A stretch of DNA of 64,000 nucleotides from Eledone cirrhosa. Its lineage: Eukaryota. The notes below the pieces were generated by a model. That model saw only the letters and a list, made by a program, of their open reading frames with translations. It was not told the origin of the DNA and ran no database searches. The first letter of the stretch is position 1; each line of letters opens with the position of its first letter. Both the position numbers and the translations under genes were made by a program. The stretch lies in contig OZ024740.1 of assembly GCA_964016885.1 (NCBI GenBank), positions 170,376,001 to 170,440,000 of the forward strand, in the 5' to 3' direction. Shown here piece after piece: positions 50,517 through 63,976 of this stretch.

Positions 50517-50700
50517 TGTTTCTACTTTAGGCACAAGGCCAGCAATTACCCAGTGCATTACTGGTACTTTATTTTATCGACCCCGTAAGGATGAAAGGCA
50601 AAGTCAACCTCGGCGGGATTTGAACTCAGATCGTAAAGGGACGTAACTATGCTGGAAAGCATGGTGTCCGACTCTCTACCGATATTGCCAATCCACCGCC
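50517..50700 (-). mobile_element. Meta-like SINE with 16-bp TSD
   Basis: TSD gttgttccttgattac at 50501-50516 and 50701-50716. Confidence 0.9.
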
Positions 50701-51000
50701 GTTGTTCCTTGATTACATGGATTTATTCTTAAAAGAGAAATGTCATGAAATTGTCGGTATGTATGTTCTTCTGGTTTTATATCACAAAGTTTTGCCAATA
50801 GAGAGAGAGTCGGTTTCTAACATAGTTACAAGACTCTCTCATTGGAATTTACACAACATCAACTTGGTAGATATGTATGCATGTCTGCATGCATGCATGC
50901 ATGTGTGTGCAGGTATGGATGTTATTGTATGTGTGGATGTGGATGTTTTGAGTTGTATGTGTGCACACTCTTTGTATCTGTACATGTGTAAATGCAGTTA

Positions 51001-51546
51001 TTAGATGCAAAACTTTTGGAATGTTTTACATATTTTTGCTGTTCCATTAATGGATTGTACTTGTAATTTCCTAACTAGTTGTGTTCTTTCTGTTTCTGTG
51101 AAGTCCAGCTTCTCAAGATTTGTATTGAGGCAGTTACTAACATACCCCAGTGTCTCAATAATCATAGGCATAAATCTGAAGGTATAGTCACGGAGGAGGA
51201 TCTGCAGATTTCTCATTAGTTCTGCATAAATATTCTCCTTTTCGCTAATCTTTGATATTATATTGGCATCTGCTGGGCAGCTAATTCCACTACTGTGCAT
51301 GCTCTATTTCCCTGTCCCATATCATAATATCTGGTCTGTTATGCCTGTATTTTATTGGGTTTTGACTGGAACATTCCACCAGTACTCTTTCATATTATGT
51401 ATATGTATGTCTTCCACATTGCTGTAGCTTTTAATGTGTTTGTTATCGAGGCTATCTTTTCTACGGATTGCATTGTAGTGTTTTGACCACTACATCATGC
51501 CTCATAGGTAGATAGTACCGTGATGATATCTTTAGACAGCTGCTTA
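51001..51546 (-). pseudogene. 3' fragment of a third R4/Dong-like RLE element
   Basis: YLPMRHDVV, YWWNVPV, HNRPDIMIWD, ISCPAD.NI..K..EKENIY, MPMIIETLG. Confidence 0.8.
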
Positions 51547-52112
51547 TGTATGTATGTATGTATGTATGTATGTATGTATGTATGTATGTATGTATGTATG
51601 TATGTATACATATCCGTATACATGTATGCATGTATGTATATATGTATTTTTTTTTTCTGCAAACAATGAAGAAGTTCGGAGAGAATATTGAAAAATACAT
51701 ACTCTCCGACACATACTGAGATTTTGGTCCTATCATTATCAAAAATTTAGTAGATAAGTGGTTGTTATTTTGGAACTTATAACCAACTTCGCTATTGTTC
51801 ACGAATTGTGATATAAAATTGTTTAATTTAGACCGTCTTCGAACATAACTGACCTTATATTGGAAGCAAGAAAGTTCCTGTTCAAGCGCAATATGTTTTG
51901 GGGAAGGCCAGTGACCTTTCACCCTTGCCATTCATCTCTCTCCACGCCACCGGTGCAAAGCCATGGTATTTTCACGATTCATTTGTTTCCGATGGGTGTA
52001 CAGGTGAACTGAGAAATAGAGTGACTGACCTAGGACACAATGTGGAGCACGGTCCTGAGCACAACACACTACTATGCAGCGCACCTTCAGTATAAAAATG
52101 ATATATATATGA

Positions 52113-52156
<44 letters not shown>

Positions 52157-52251
52157 CAAAGGAATTGTGGTAAGGAACCAGATGGACCATAATGCACCAG
52201 AGTACTCAATACTTAGGGTAGTAGAGTGGGAAATAAGAAAAAGTCATACTT

Positions 52252-52285
<34 letters not shown>

Positions 52286-52287
<2 letters not shown>

Positions 52288-52635
52288 GATAACAAGTTAT
52301 CGTTATAGGTAATCCACTTAGAGGTAGTCCAGTTAGAGTACTCCGTGTTGTGGATGGTTTTAACGTGTGGCTTAGTTTGACTCAACAAGACGCTTCCATA
52401 GTGATGCAGCGAGTTGGCGGTAATTTCTATGTAGGTTATACTTGGAGTAATAATAGTTAAAGAAAGAAGAGACCAGAACAATTACACCAGTAACAAAATA
52501 TCTAGATAGTGAATAATTAAAACAATAACATCAATACTAGTAAGAAATAGAACATAATGATAAAACAAGCATGGTAAACAAACAGAGATGATACAGATGT
52601 ATGAAGTGACATGCGAAACCTATCATAGGGTACAT

Positions 52636-52709
<74 letters not shown>

Positions 52710-53187
52710 AAGGGATAAATTAACGTAGATGAAGGGATAAATAATTGTTTCTATTTTAGGCACAAGGCCAGCAAATGTACTTAGAGTCAGATTTTGGAAT
52801 CTACACTTTAAGTGCAATTATGAGATATTTAGATACAAATGATCTGTGGGTCTGAAACACGAACAACAATAAAACAGAGATTGATTTATGGTTTGACAGA
52901 TAAGTGCTTGTAGTAGGTATTTTCTCCTGTTGTATCAACTAGATATTTTGTTACTGATGTTATTGTTCTGGTCTAACACCACTCTTCTATAAAAGTCATG
53001 CCTTGCGTATTATTTTCATATCCACTTGCTCTGATGTATTGACTGGTTGTAAACAAAGTATTGGAGATCGATTGACGCAACATCAAGCGATTAGCGAGCT
53101 CCAGACCTACCAGATCAACGAAACAATTGTCAGCATTGTGAATGAAGCTCTTATTGTACAGCCAACCATGTTACTCTTCTTTCTTTA
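52286..53187. mobile_element. Penelope-like pLTR remnant, same family as 56348-57102
   Basis: Shared start 'gggataacaa..gttatagg..gtagtccagttag.gtactccg'; hammerhead-like motif 53023-53140 with A9>T. Confidence 0.65.
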
Positions 53188-53189
53188 AT

Positions 53190-53416
<227 letters not shown>

Positions 53417-53801
53417 CCCGGATTCAATCGGGGGTAACCACAGTGAGTAAGACACTCAATACATAGCAGAGTATAAATATTTAATGTTGAAATAGCTTCA
53501 ACAGGACTAGAACAGTTTCATTCGAAGGTGAGTATGTGTATGCCAGCGTGTGTGTGCGTTTACCGCTGTGTATATAAATCTATACACACATACTCTCGTA
53601 CATACACATATTCATACATATGTACGTTATGCTTACATGCTCACGGCTATTCAACTGAGCTTGTCAACGGTGTGCTATAATCTATCATACTATCATTTCG
53701 ATTGTGGAAAGACTGCATACGTTTTATATCTATCTATATATATAAACGTATGCATAAAACTCTATGTGTGTAATTTGTATGTGTGTAATTTGTATAGCTA
53801 T

Positions 53802-53834
<33 letters not shown>

Positions 53835-53854
53835 CATACATACATATATATAAT

Positions 53855-53887
<33 letters not shown>

Positions 53888-53983
53888 ATAAATATATGTA
53901 TGTATGTATATATATATGCATTTAAGTACTATGTATTTTGTTACATTTAATGTTCGTACGTATACATATGTTTATATATATAT

Positions 53984-54054
<71 letters not shown>

Positions 54055-54088
54055 TACACGGGTGTGTATGATTGTGTATAGAAGATTA

Positions 54089-54181
54089 TATTAATAAGAG
54101 GAATTCCAACTTTGTCTGATATAAATTTTAAAGGATTGTAAATAAAACGAGTAAATCAGACAAAGTTGGAATTCCTCTTAT

Positions 54182-54186
<5 letters not shown>
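54089..54186. repeat. Perfect ~32-bp-arm inverted repeat
   Basis: tattaataagaggaattccaactttgtctgat / atcagacaaagttggaattcctcttattaata. Confidence 0.85.
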
Positions 54187-54219
<33 letters not shown>

Positions 54220-54465
54220 GCATGTGCTCATGTATGTATGCATATGCGCATATATGTGCATGTTGGTGTATGTGGCTTGTGTGAAATGTTCTGTATGTGT
54301 TTCTGTATACGTGTGCACGTAGTCGAGCAGATGAGAGAGAGTATATTATATAAATATGATTATGTAGATGTGTGTAAGTAAAGCTTTATTAATATATCAA
54401 CCATGTGTTTATGTATGCATACCTTCAAATATACATATGTGAGTGTGTGTGTAAGTATATATATT

Positions 54466-54530
<65 letters not shown>

Positions 54531-54883
54531 GTGTATATGTATATATGTATATGTATATATGAGTGTGTGTATGTGTATATATATATATATATATAACATA
54601 TATGTATATATATATATATATATGTGTGTGTCTGTGTGTGTGTGTGTGTGTGTGTTTATATATATATATATATAATTTGGTATGTTCACGCACGTGTGTC
54701 TCTGCCAGTGTATATATACGTCATTTTGTCAGTGCATTTATACATACATGCTTGTCTTCATAAACGTTCTTGTGAGCTTGCGTGCGAATGGTACCCGAAA
54801 ACTCATCACGTGCTTAAAGAAACTATGCCCCAATTCTGTGTGAGGATATATATATATATATATATACACTTATAAAAAAAAAT

Positions 54884-54938
<55 letters not shown>

Positions 54939-54939
54939 A

Positions 54940-55137
54940 GTAATAATAATAAATTTGAAGACTAAAATCCAAAGAGGGCTCGATAAGGATAAATATACAT
55001 CAAATATATAAGAACCGTAGAGCAAATATTTATTAAAATAACAGATTAAAGTTTAAGCAAAGATCTTTCAGAAGATCCCGTTAAGGGTGAAAGCAGCGAT
55101 TCTTTGCTTAAACTTTAATCTGTTATTTTAATAAATA
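54940..55137. mobile_element. Fragments of two dispersed TA-associated families (other copies at ~9075-9165 and ~21497-21565, ~23013-23080)
   Basis: 'gaagactaaaatccaaagagggctcgataagg' and 'cagaagatcccgttaagggtgaaagcagcgattctttgcttaaa' recur in the window. Confidence 0.6.
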
Positions 55138-55379
55138 TATATATATATATACACTTATAATTCGATATATATTAGAAAGTGAGGTTTTTTTTACAAAATG
55201 AAAAATAACCGAGATGTCCTACACGAGTGAAAGTATAAAGAAAAGAAGATGAAATCGAAAATGCAACTGGAGTCTTATTTTTAAGAAAATATATATATTT
55301 ATATATATATATATATAAATACATATATATAAATATATATATATGTATTTATATATATATATATAAATATATACACTTA

Positions 55380-55417
<38 letters not shown>

Positions 55418-55659
55418 ATTTAGGTATGTATATATATATATATATACACACACACACATGTAGAATTCTCACATAGAAAAATCTATGAGAGAACATTACG
55501 TGCTTACTAACCTTGCTAGAAATAACAGCTCTACATTTCCTAATTTAATGAAAATATACCGCGATGAAGACGGTATGATCGCGGCTGAAATAACGTCCTC
55601 TTTATCAGGGTTGACCTGGGACAACAACTTTATTATGTGTGTGTGTGTATGTATGTATA

Positions 55660-55723
<64 letters not shown>

Positions 55724-55824
55724 CATACATATATATACATACCCACATACATACATACATATATACATATATGTATACACTTTTATTAGAATGCAGTTGA
55801 ATTGTGTGTACATTTTTGGACACC

Positions 55825-55861
<37 letters not shown>

Positions 55862-55913
55862 TATATATATGTGTGTGTGTATGCATATATATATATATAT
55901 ATATACACTTATG

Positions 55914-55998
<85 letters not shown>

Positions 55999-56286
55999 GT
56001 ATGTATGCATATGTATATTTATATATGCATACATACACAAACACACGTATATACACAAGTACTTACATATCTACAATGAAAGTTCACATATGCATAGATG
56101 TTGACTGTTATTCACACATACATATACCACACATTCAACACAACATTCCACAAGTGATTTGCTATACACAATACACGCACGAATACACAGTGCTAGCCAT
56201 ATTTGTACACGGAGACATACACACACACACGCACATATACACACATATACACACACACGCACATATATATACACACACACACGGGT

Positions 56287-56345
<59 letters not shown>

Positions 56346-56347
56346 CG

Positions 56348-57102
56348 GGATAACAAATTATTGTTATAGGTAGTCCACTAAGGTGTAGTCCAGTTAGGGT
56401 ACTCCGACTAGTGGATTGTATCAACGCTTGGCTAAGTTTGACTCAACACAACACGGCGTTTCCATAGTGATGCTGCGAGTACGCAGTGGTTTCTATGTTG
56501 TTTACACTTGGAGTAATGATAAATCAAGAAAGAAGAGTGACACGGTTTGCTATACAATAGGGGCTTTAATCACATTGCTGACAATTGTTTCTCTGAACTG
56601 GTAGGTCTAGAGATCGCTACCCGCCCGTTTCTGCGTCAATCGATCACCAATACATTGTTATAACCAGTCAATTCATCAGAGCTAGCGAGAGTGAAGGGAA
56701 TACACAGGCATGGCTTCTATATATAGTAGTGGCATTCAATCAGAACAATAACAACAATACTAACAATGCTAGCAATAAATTAGTTGAAATAATCACAACA
56801 TCAATCTAAGTAAGACATAGAGTATGATGTTGTGATTATTTCAACTAATTTATTGCTAGCAGTGTTAGTATTGTTGTTATTGTTCTGATTGAATGCCACT
56901 ACTATATATAGAAGCCATGCCTGTGTATTCCCTTCACTCTCGCTAGCTCTGATGAATTGACTGGTTATAACTAAGTATTGGTGATCGATTGACGCAGAAA
57001 CGGGCGGGTAGCGATCTCTAGACCTACCAGTTCAGAGAAACAATTGTCAGCAATGTGATTAAAGCCCTTATTGTATAGCAAACCGTGTCACTCTTCTTTC
57101 TT
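56348..57102. mobile_element. Penelope-like tail-to-tail pLTR fold-back with ~278-bp arms
   Basis: Arms 56526-56803 and 56825-57102 nearly perfectly complementary; flanked by (TA)n. Confidence 0.8.
56946..57051 (+). ncRNA. Hammerhead with 81-nt stem II domain (mirror copy 56577-56682 on -)
   Basis: gct-CTGATGA(56949-55)-attgactggt...accagttcaga-GAAA(57037-40)-CAATTG-TC-agc; palindromic stem III; GTC triplet. Confidence 0.65.
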
Positions 57103-57119
57103 AATATATATATATATAA

Positions 57120-57203
<84 letters not shown>

Positions 57204-57212
57204 GGTATAGAA

Positions 57213-57255
<43 letters not shown>

Positions 57256-57257
57256 TA

Positions 57258-57333
57258 CAGGGTATTCCAAAAAATGTATACACACTTCAACAGTATTCTA
57301 AGTAAAGTGCGCATACATTTTTGGGGACACGAG
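57258..57333. mobile_element. Tiny Tc1/mariner-like MITE (partial copy 55771-55827)
   Basis: TA|CAGGGT(G/A)T.CCAAAAATGTA.ACAC termini with an imperfect inverted partner. Confidence 0.4.
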
Positions 57334-58815
57334 CAGGTACATAAGTGCACACTCACACACACATGTGCACATACGCAACATCAGATATTCACATATGCAA
57401 AACAACAATCAATATAATAAGCAAAGACACACATGCTTACACACGCATGCAAACAAACACACACATGCTTACACATATACTTGCACACAGATGCACTTAA
57501 ATTTGCATATACAAACACAAACACATACACATACACATACAAACACATACGTGCCCACACTGACACCCAAAGCGGGAATGTGTACAAGAACACACATATA
57601 TATATATATATATATATTTACACATACAATTACATATGCGTACATACACACATACATACCAACATCAACTGCTAAAGGAATACCACACAAACACACACTC
57701 TGATGCGCGCACACACACGGCAGCACACACTCGTGCACACCTACACGTACGCAAATATATATACATATAACTAAAGGAGAACACACTCACATGTATACAC
57801 GCCCACACACTCGTGCACGCATACATAGAAATAAAGACATACACACTGATACATGCAAGCGCCAATCATGGTCATACTCACAACTACAGGAATATTTACA
57901 CGTACACACGCATGAAGCTAGCATCACTCGTGACTGCCACGCGCGCGAGCAACACACGCATATACACATAGCCGCACACATATATTGACAAATACCCACA
58001 CACATCCACACGTACACACCGATCTATAAGCTCATACCCACACACGCACAAACACACATACATATAGACAGCACACACAGAAGCATAAAGGCACACACAC
58101 ACGCACACGTACATACGTACACATACACACATACATACGCACACATACACACATGCATACATACACATACGCACACATACACACATACATACGCACACAT
58201 ACACTCATACATACAGACACATACACTCCCACTATACGCACATACACACACACAGGTCTTTAATCTGCAATGGGTTATCGTCCTTAGTCCTAAGTCCTTA
58301 CTTCTTTCACTCCCACCCACAGTCATTGGCCACTCGTGACAGTAAAGGAGAAAGAAAGAAAGAGAGAAAGTGAAAGCGAGAGATAGAGAGAGATTGAGAG
58401 AGAGAGAATGGCGGTGGGGAAGTGAGAAAGAGAGACTAAAAGAAAAAGAGGAGAGAGAAGGGGATTTGAAAAAAAGAAAGAATGAAAATATGGAAAGTCT
58501 AGTGGTGTTGATGATGTTTATAGTTGTTGATGGTCGGTGGGATATGGCGATGGTGATGTCGGTGGTCAGACGTTGGGGGGTGAATAAGTTTTGTGTTGTT
58601 TGTAGTTTTAAAGGTATTGGTGCCTGTGGTATTGGTTAAAGTGTTAGTATTGCTGTTGGTAGTGGAGACAGAGGCGGCGGCGGGGGCAGTGATGGTGGTG
58701 ATGGCAGTGATGGACTTGTTAGTGTCGTTTCTTCCCGGGTCAGCATTGATTGAGAAGAGAAGGTCTATAGCCTAACGCATTCCATCTGTGACCACCCCAT
58801 CTCTTTCAAGGGTAT

Positions 58816-58849
<34 letters not shown>

Positions 58850-58867
58850 CATGTATCTGTGTGTTTC

Positions 58868-58910
<43 letters not shown>

Positions 58911-59610
58911 GAAAAAACACAGGTAAGCATTAAGAAAAGGATTTTATCCAGGTATTTACGACCGTTTCATTGGTAAGTGCAACCTTATATTGCTATACTG
59001 CAAATAGCAGCCACTCAATTATAATTGTTGTTCACAATCCAAATTTTCAAAATAGTAAGTTACTCTTGAAATAATTCTTAATATATAGAGAAAAACATTT
59101 ATTTGGAATTGTATTTACTAGTATAGAGAGAGGAATCAGGTGGTGAGGGGACAGACGGAATAGTATAGAGAGAGAGAGGAAGGGGGTAGAGGTAGGAAGT
59201 AGAGTGACAAACTGAGATGGAGGGAGGGGTAGAGGTGGAAGGATTCCTTGGTCAGTTTTGATAGCAGACTTCATATCGTGGAATGTATTCAGTTAAAGAG
59301 AACTAAATTGATCATAGTGGAAGGGATGGATAGAGAGGGAGAGAGAGGGGAGAGATATAAAGAGATAAATATAAAAAAATAAAGATAAAGATAATAATGA
59401 CAAAAATAAAAGCAAAGAAGGGGGTGAGAAAGAAGAAAAGAAAAGATAGCCAAGAAGGGGAGGGAAGGAAGGAAGAAAACGAAGAAATAGAAGAGGAATG
59501 AGGGAGAAGAGGGGGATATATGTATAGGTTTTGTGGGTAATTAAAGGGTTTAGGTACAAAAGAGGGTATAAAGTCTAAGTATATGCAGTTTGTCAGTTCG
59601 TAGTATGAGG

Positions 59611-60084
59611 TTAAGGGTTCGATTTGTAGTGCGAAAACTTCTCTTTGAGTCTATGGTTACAATAGATTGATCTTTCGATTTTATTGTTGAGTAATTTATT
59701 CTTCGAACTCAAGATGTGGAACAGCTCAAGGTCGCATAATCGACAGCTTCTTTTACCACTCCGATATGGGGGCGCATTCGATAATTTTTTCCACTTCAGG
59801 GTGTATTGATGGTTACTTTCCCTCAGTTGCCAGGTCTTGTTTGCAAGGGTAGTTACATAACGATGCTGGGAATGTTTCATTGCGTAACGGTGTGTATACC
59901 AACGGGCTTTAAATGTATTCCCAGTCGCTCCGATGTAATACCATTTCTGGTTGTCTGATTCCACTGTGCATTGGTAAACCAGGTTAGACTGCATACATTC
60001 GTTATGTAATGGACAGGTTTCAGGTAGGTGGCAGTTACATTTCTTGTCATGGGCAACTTTGGCATTATTTGTGGGCTGCGATGC
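59611..60084 (-). pseudogene. PLE linker + GIY-YIG endonuclease fragment
   Basis: KCNCHLPETCPLHNEC (CxCx5C) then LVYQC..YYIG.T..FK.R..H, CRLC..E, LN, CNH. Confidence 0.85.
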
Positions 60085-60208
60085 CTCTCTCTCTCTATAC
60101 TATTCCGTCTGTCCCCTCACCTCCTGATTCCTCTCTCTATACTAGTAAATACAATTCCAAATAAATGTTTTTCTCTATATATTAAGAATTATTTCAACAG
60201 TAACTTAC

Positions 60209-60310
60209 TATTTTGAAAATTTGGACTGTGAACAACAATTATAATTGAGTGGCTGCTATTTGCAGTATAGCAATATAAGGTTGCACTTACCAATGAAACG
60301 GTCGTAAATA
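60209..60310 (+). ncRNA. U3-A8 variant hammerhead with 75-nt stem II domain (mirror copy 58953-59054 on -)
   Basis: tatt-TTGAAAA(60213-19)-tttgg...ccaat-GAAA(60295-98)-cggtcg-TA-aata, inside the pLTR. Confidence 0.5.
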
Positions 60311-60496
60311 CCTGGATAAAATCCTTCTCTTAATGCTTACCTGTGTTTTTTTCTCTTTTATACTTTATACTCCAAGATTGAACGGAATTCTTACAAACTT
60401 GTGGAGTTACCCCTAACCGTACGTTGAAACCATCCATGAAACTGGCTTTCTTAACCAAAAACTGGATCACAATAAGCAATTTTTTGCTTCTCTAAC

Positions 60497-60535
<39 letters not shown>

Positions 60536-60684
60536 GTAGAAGTTCTATTTAAATTGTTGGGATGCAACAAGCAAATATTTATATAACTGATATAAAACAC
60601 TCAACAAATTATTGGAGTAAAAATACGATATGGAAACTATATTTATGGAACTATAAATGGAAACTATATTTATAAAACCATAAT

Positions 60685-60749
60685 TATTTCATTATACATA
60701 TTTCAAGGACACCAAGTAAAATTATGGTGCGCTTTCATCAGATAAAATA
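60685..60749 (-). ncRNA. Minimal hammerhead, third copy of the 7727 family (element ~60535-60809)
   Basis: Core, stem I and stem III identical to 7727-7791; substitutions only in stem/loop II. Confidence 0.75.
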
Positions 60750-60879
60750 TAATATAGATCAGTTTTATAAATAAATATTGACATACCCTTAAAGAATGCG
60801 ACCATTTCTGAAAAATATAAATATAAATTTAAAATGTAATATATAACTCATTCTATTAAATATATATATATATATTAAA

Positions 60880-60950
<71 letters not shown>

Positions 60951-60973
60951 GTGTATATATATATATATTTTAA

Positions 60974-61055
<82 letters not shown>

Positions 61056-61089
61056 ACCATGCGTCCTGGAGGTTGAAGGTTGTTTATTA

Positions 61090-61268
61090 TGTAGTATCGC
61101 TAGAGGGTCGGACGCCATGCTTTGCAGCAAAGAGTTACGGCCCTTTATGGTCTGAGTTCAAATCCCGCCGAGGTTAACTTTGCCTTTCATCCTTACGGGG
61201 TCGATAAAATAAAGTACCAGCAATACACTGGTTTAATTGCTGGCCTTGTGCCAAAAGAAGAAACAATT
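61090..61268 (+). mobile_element. Meta-like SINE
   Basis: Same family as 22296. Confidence 0.8.
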
Positions 61269-61837
61269 TTTATTTTTTTATTTTTGGTTGTCAAAATTAG
61301 GGCGCGTCCTCGAGGGCGAAGCGTCTTCGGCGCCGGGAAATACAGTATGTATGTTTATAAGATTACATTATACATGTCCTTTCCTTATGTAAGACAGTAG
61401 GGCGCCTGTGGCATGAGAAAAATTTGGATGTTATCTCTAGCTAATCGCGTGACCACATTATATTTTCCTCTTTGGCTCTGCTCTTGTTGTAACTGTGGTC
61501 GAGTATACCCATGGACAAATGCTTTCCAGTGATAAGCCCTGTGTTTTTTAGGGCTGTCTATGTTATGTAACGTATCGTTTCTTTATATTAACAATCAAAG
61601 GATCTGGCTGCTATTTCTAGAAGATCGAATGACCAATTAGTATTGGTAGTGTTATGGTTGTGTTGTTTTTGTTATTATTGTTGTTATTGACCACACATAC
61701 ATATGATCTAAAGTATTCGGGCTGTAACCATCCCGTCTTATATTCAGGTAGTAGATGTAACACTACATTATCCATATCTGCTACTGGGAAGATATAGTTT
61801 AGTGGAGATTTGGCTAGTATTTCGTGGAAAAACTTTA

Positions 61838-62700
61838 GTGGTGGTGGTGGTGGTGGTAGTGGTGGTGGTGGTGGTGCGGCGGTGGTGACGGCGGATGTGG
61901 TGGTAGTGGCGGCGGCGGTGGTGGTGGTGGTAGTGGTGGTGGTGGTGGTGGTGGTAGTGGTGGTGGTGGTGGTGGTGCGGCGGTGGTGGTGGTGGTAGTG
62001 GCGGCGGCGGTGGTGGTGGTGGTAGTGGTGGTGGTGGTGGTGGTAGTGGTGGTGGTGGTGGTGGTGCGGCGGTGGTGGTGGTGGTAGTGGCGGCGGCGGT
62101 GGTGGTGGTGGTGGTGGTAGTGGTGGTGGTGGTGGTGGTGCGGCGGTGGTGGTGGTGGTAGTGGCGGCGGCGGTGGTGGTGGTGGTAGTGGTGGTGGTGG
62201 TGGTGGTAGTGGTGGTGGTGGTGGTGGTGCGGCGGTGGTGACGGCGGTGGTGGTGGTGGTAGTGGCGGCGGCGGTGGTGGTGGTGGTAGTGGTGGTGGTA
62301 GTGGTGGTGGTGGTGGTGGTGGTGGTGGTGGTGGTGGTGCGGCGGTGGTGACGGCGGTGGTGGCGGCGGCGGTGGTGGTGGTAGTGGTGGTGGTGGTGGA
62401 GGTGGAGGTGGTGGTGGTGGTGGTGGTGGTGGTGGAGGTGGTGGTGGTGGTGGTGGTGGTGGTGGTGGTGGTGGTGGTGATGGCGGTGGTAGTGGTGGTA
62501 GTGGTGGTGGTGGTGGTGGTGGTAGTGGTGGTGGTGGTGGTGATGGCGGTGGTGGTGGTGGTGGTAGTGGTGGTAGTGGTTGTGGTGGTCGTCGTAGTGG
62601 CGGTGGTGGTGGTGGTAGTGGCGGCGGCGGTGATGGTGGTGCTGCTACTGGTGATGGCAGTGGTGGCGGTGGTAGTGGTGGTGGATATGGTGATGGCAAT
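61838..62700. repeat. (GGT)n degenerate array with higher-order units
   Basis: GGT/AGT/GGC triplets; the poly-P/H/T ORF is an artefact. Confidence 0.95.
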
Positions 62701-62835
62701 AGCTTCTTGATAATATAGCTAGTGGAGGTAGGGTGTGTAATGCTAGTGATGATACTAACAGTAACAGATGAGTGGTGCAGATATTCCTTCACCACCATTC
62801 ATCTGTTATATGGTGCATATATTGACATAGTTTCG

Positions 62836-62841
62836 GTGATG

Positions 62842-62873
<32 letters not shown>

Positions 62874-62902
62874 GATGGCGATGATGATGATGATGATGGC
62901 GA

Positions 62903-62933
<31 letters not shown>

Positions 62934-63156
62934 GATGATGATGATGGCGATGATGATGATGATGATGATGATGATGATAATGATGATGATGGCGATGATG
63001 ATGATGGTGATGATGGTGATGATGATGATGATGATGGTGATGGTGATGATGGTGATGATGACGATGATGATGACGATGATGATGATGGTGATGATGGTGA
63101 TGGTGATGACGATGATGATGATGGTGATGATGGTGATGATGACGATGATGATGATG
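62836..63156. repeat. (GAT)n array
   Basis: Directly visible. Confidence 0.95.
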
Positions 63157-63213
63157 GACTGCAGTGATATAGGTGACGGTAGTGATGGGGGATGTGGTGA
63201 CATGCTGGTTATA

Positions 63214-63368
63214 ATAATTGTTTCTACTTTAGGCACAAGGCCAGCAATTGTTCCAGTATATTACTGGTACTTTATTTTATCGACCCCGTAAGGATGAAAG
63301 GCAAAGTTAACCTCGGCGGGATTTGGACTCAGAATGGCAAGGGCCGTAACTCTATGCTAGAAAGCATG
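63214..63368 (-). mobile_element. Meta-like SINE, 5'-truncated
   Basis: Same family as 22296. Confidence 0.8.
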
Positions 63369-63472
63369 GTTGTGATAATAGACGTCAGTGTGATACTTTC
63401 GATAGTTTGGAGGGACTAAGGATTAAGTGGGGAAGTATTACTGGATCTAGTGACAGATAGCGTTCCTGTCTA

Positions 63473-63572
63473 GTAGTAGTGGTGGTGGTGGTGGTAGTGG
63501 TGGTAGTGGCGGTGGTGGTGGTAGTAGTGGCGGTGGTGGTGGTAGTGGTAGTAGTGGAGGTGGTGGTGGTGT

Positions 63573-63639
<67 letters not shown>

Positions 63640-63689
63640 GGTGGTGGTGGTGGTGGTGGTGGTAGTAATGGTGGTGGTGTTACTACTAC

Positions 63690-63720
<31 letters not shown>

Positions 63721-63867
63721 GGTGGTACTGGAGGTAGTAGTAGTAGTAGTGGTGGTGGTGGTGGTGGTGAAGTTGTGGTGGTGGTAGTAGTAGTAATAGT
63801 AGTAGTAATAGTGGTGGTGGTGGTGGTGGTAGTAGTAGTAGTGATAGTAGTAGTAGTAATGGTGGTG

Positions 63868-63908
<41 letters not shown>

Positions 63909-63937
63909 GGTTGTGGTTGTAGTAGTGATAGTAGTAA

Positions 63938-63976
<39 letters not shown>

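Larger units (their letters stand above)
58905..60497 (-). mobile_element. 5'-truncated Penelope-like element (Hydra-like clade) with inverted upstream pLTR
   Basis: GIY-YIG ORF; inverted arms ~58905-59178 and ~60085-60360; (TA)n on both sides. Confidence 0.85.

Noticed and set aside
51461-52010. 156-aa minus-strand ORF as a host gene
   Set aside because: Runs through (CATA)n into an RLE fragment, has an upstream in-frame stop and no recognisable domain
55068-55105. Hammerhead-like CAGAAGA-tccc/ggg-GAAA motif (also ~21500 and ~23050)
   Set aside because: U4 is A, there is no NUH site or stem I in any copy; not supportable as a ribozyme
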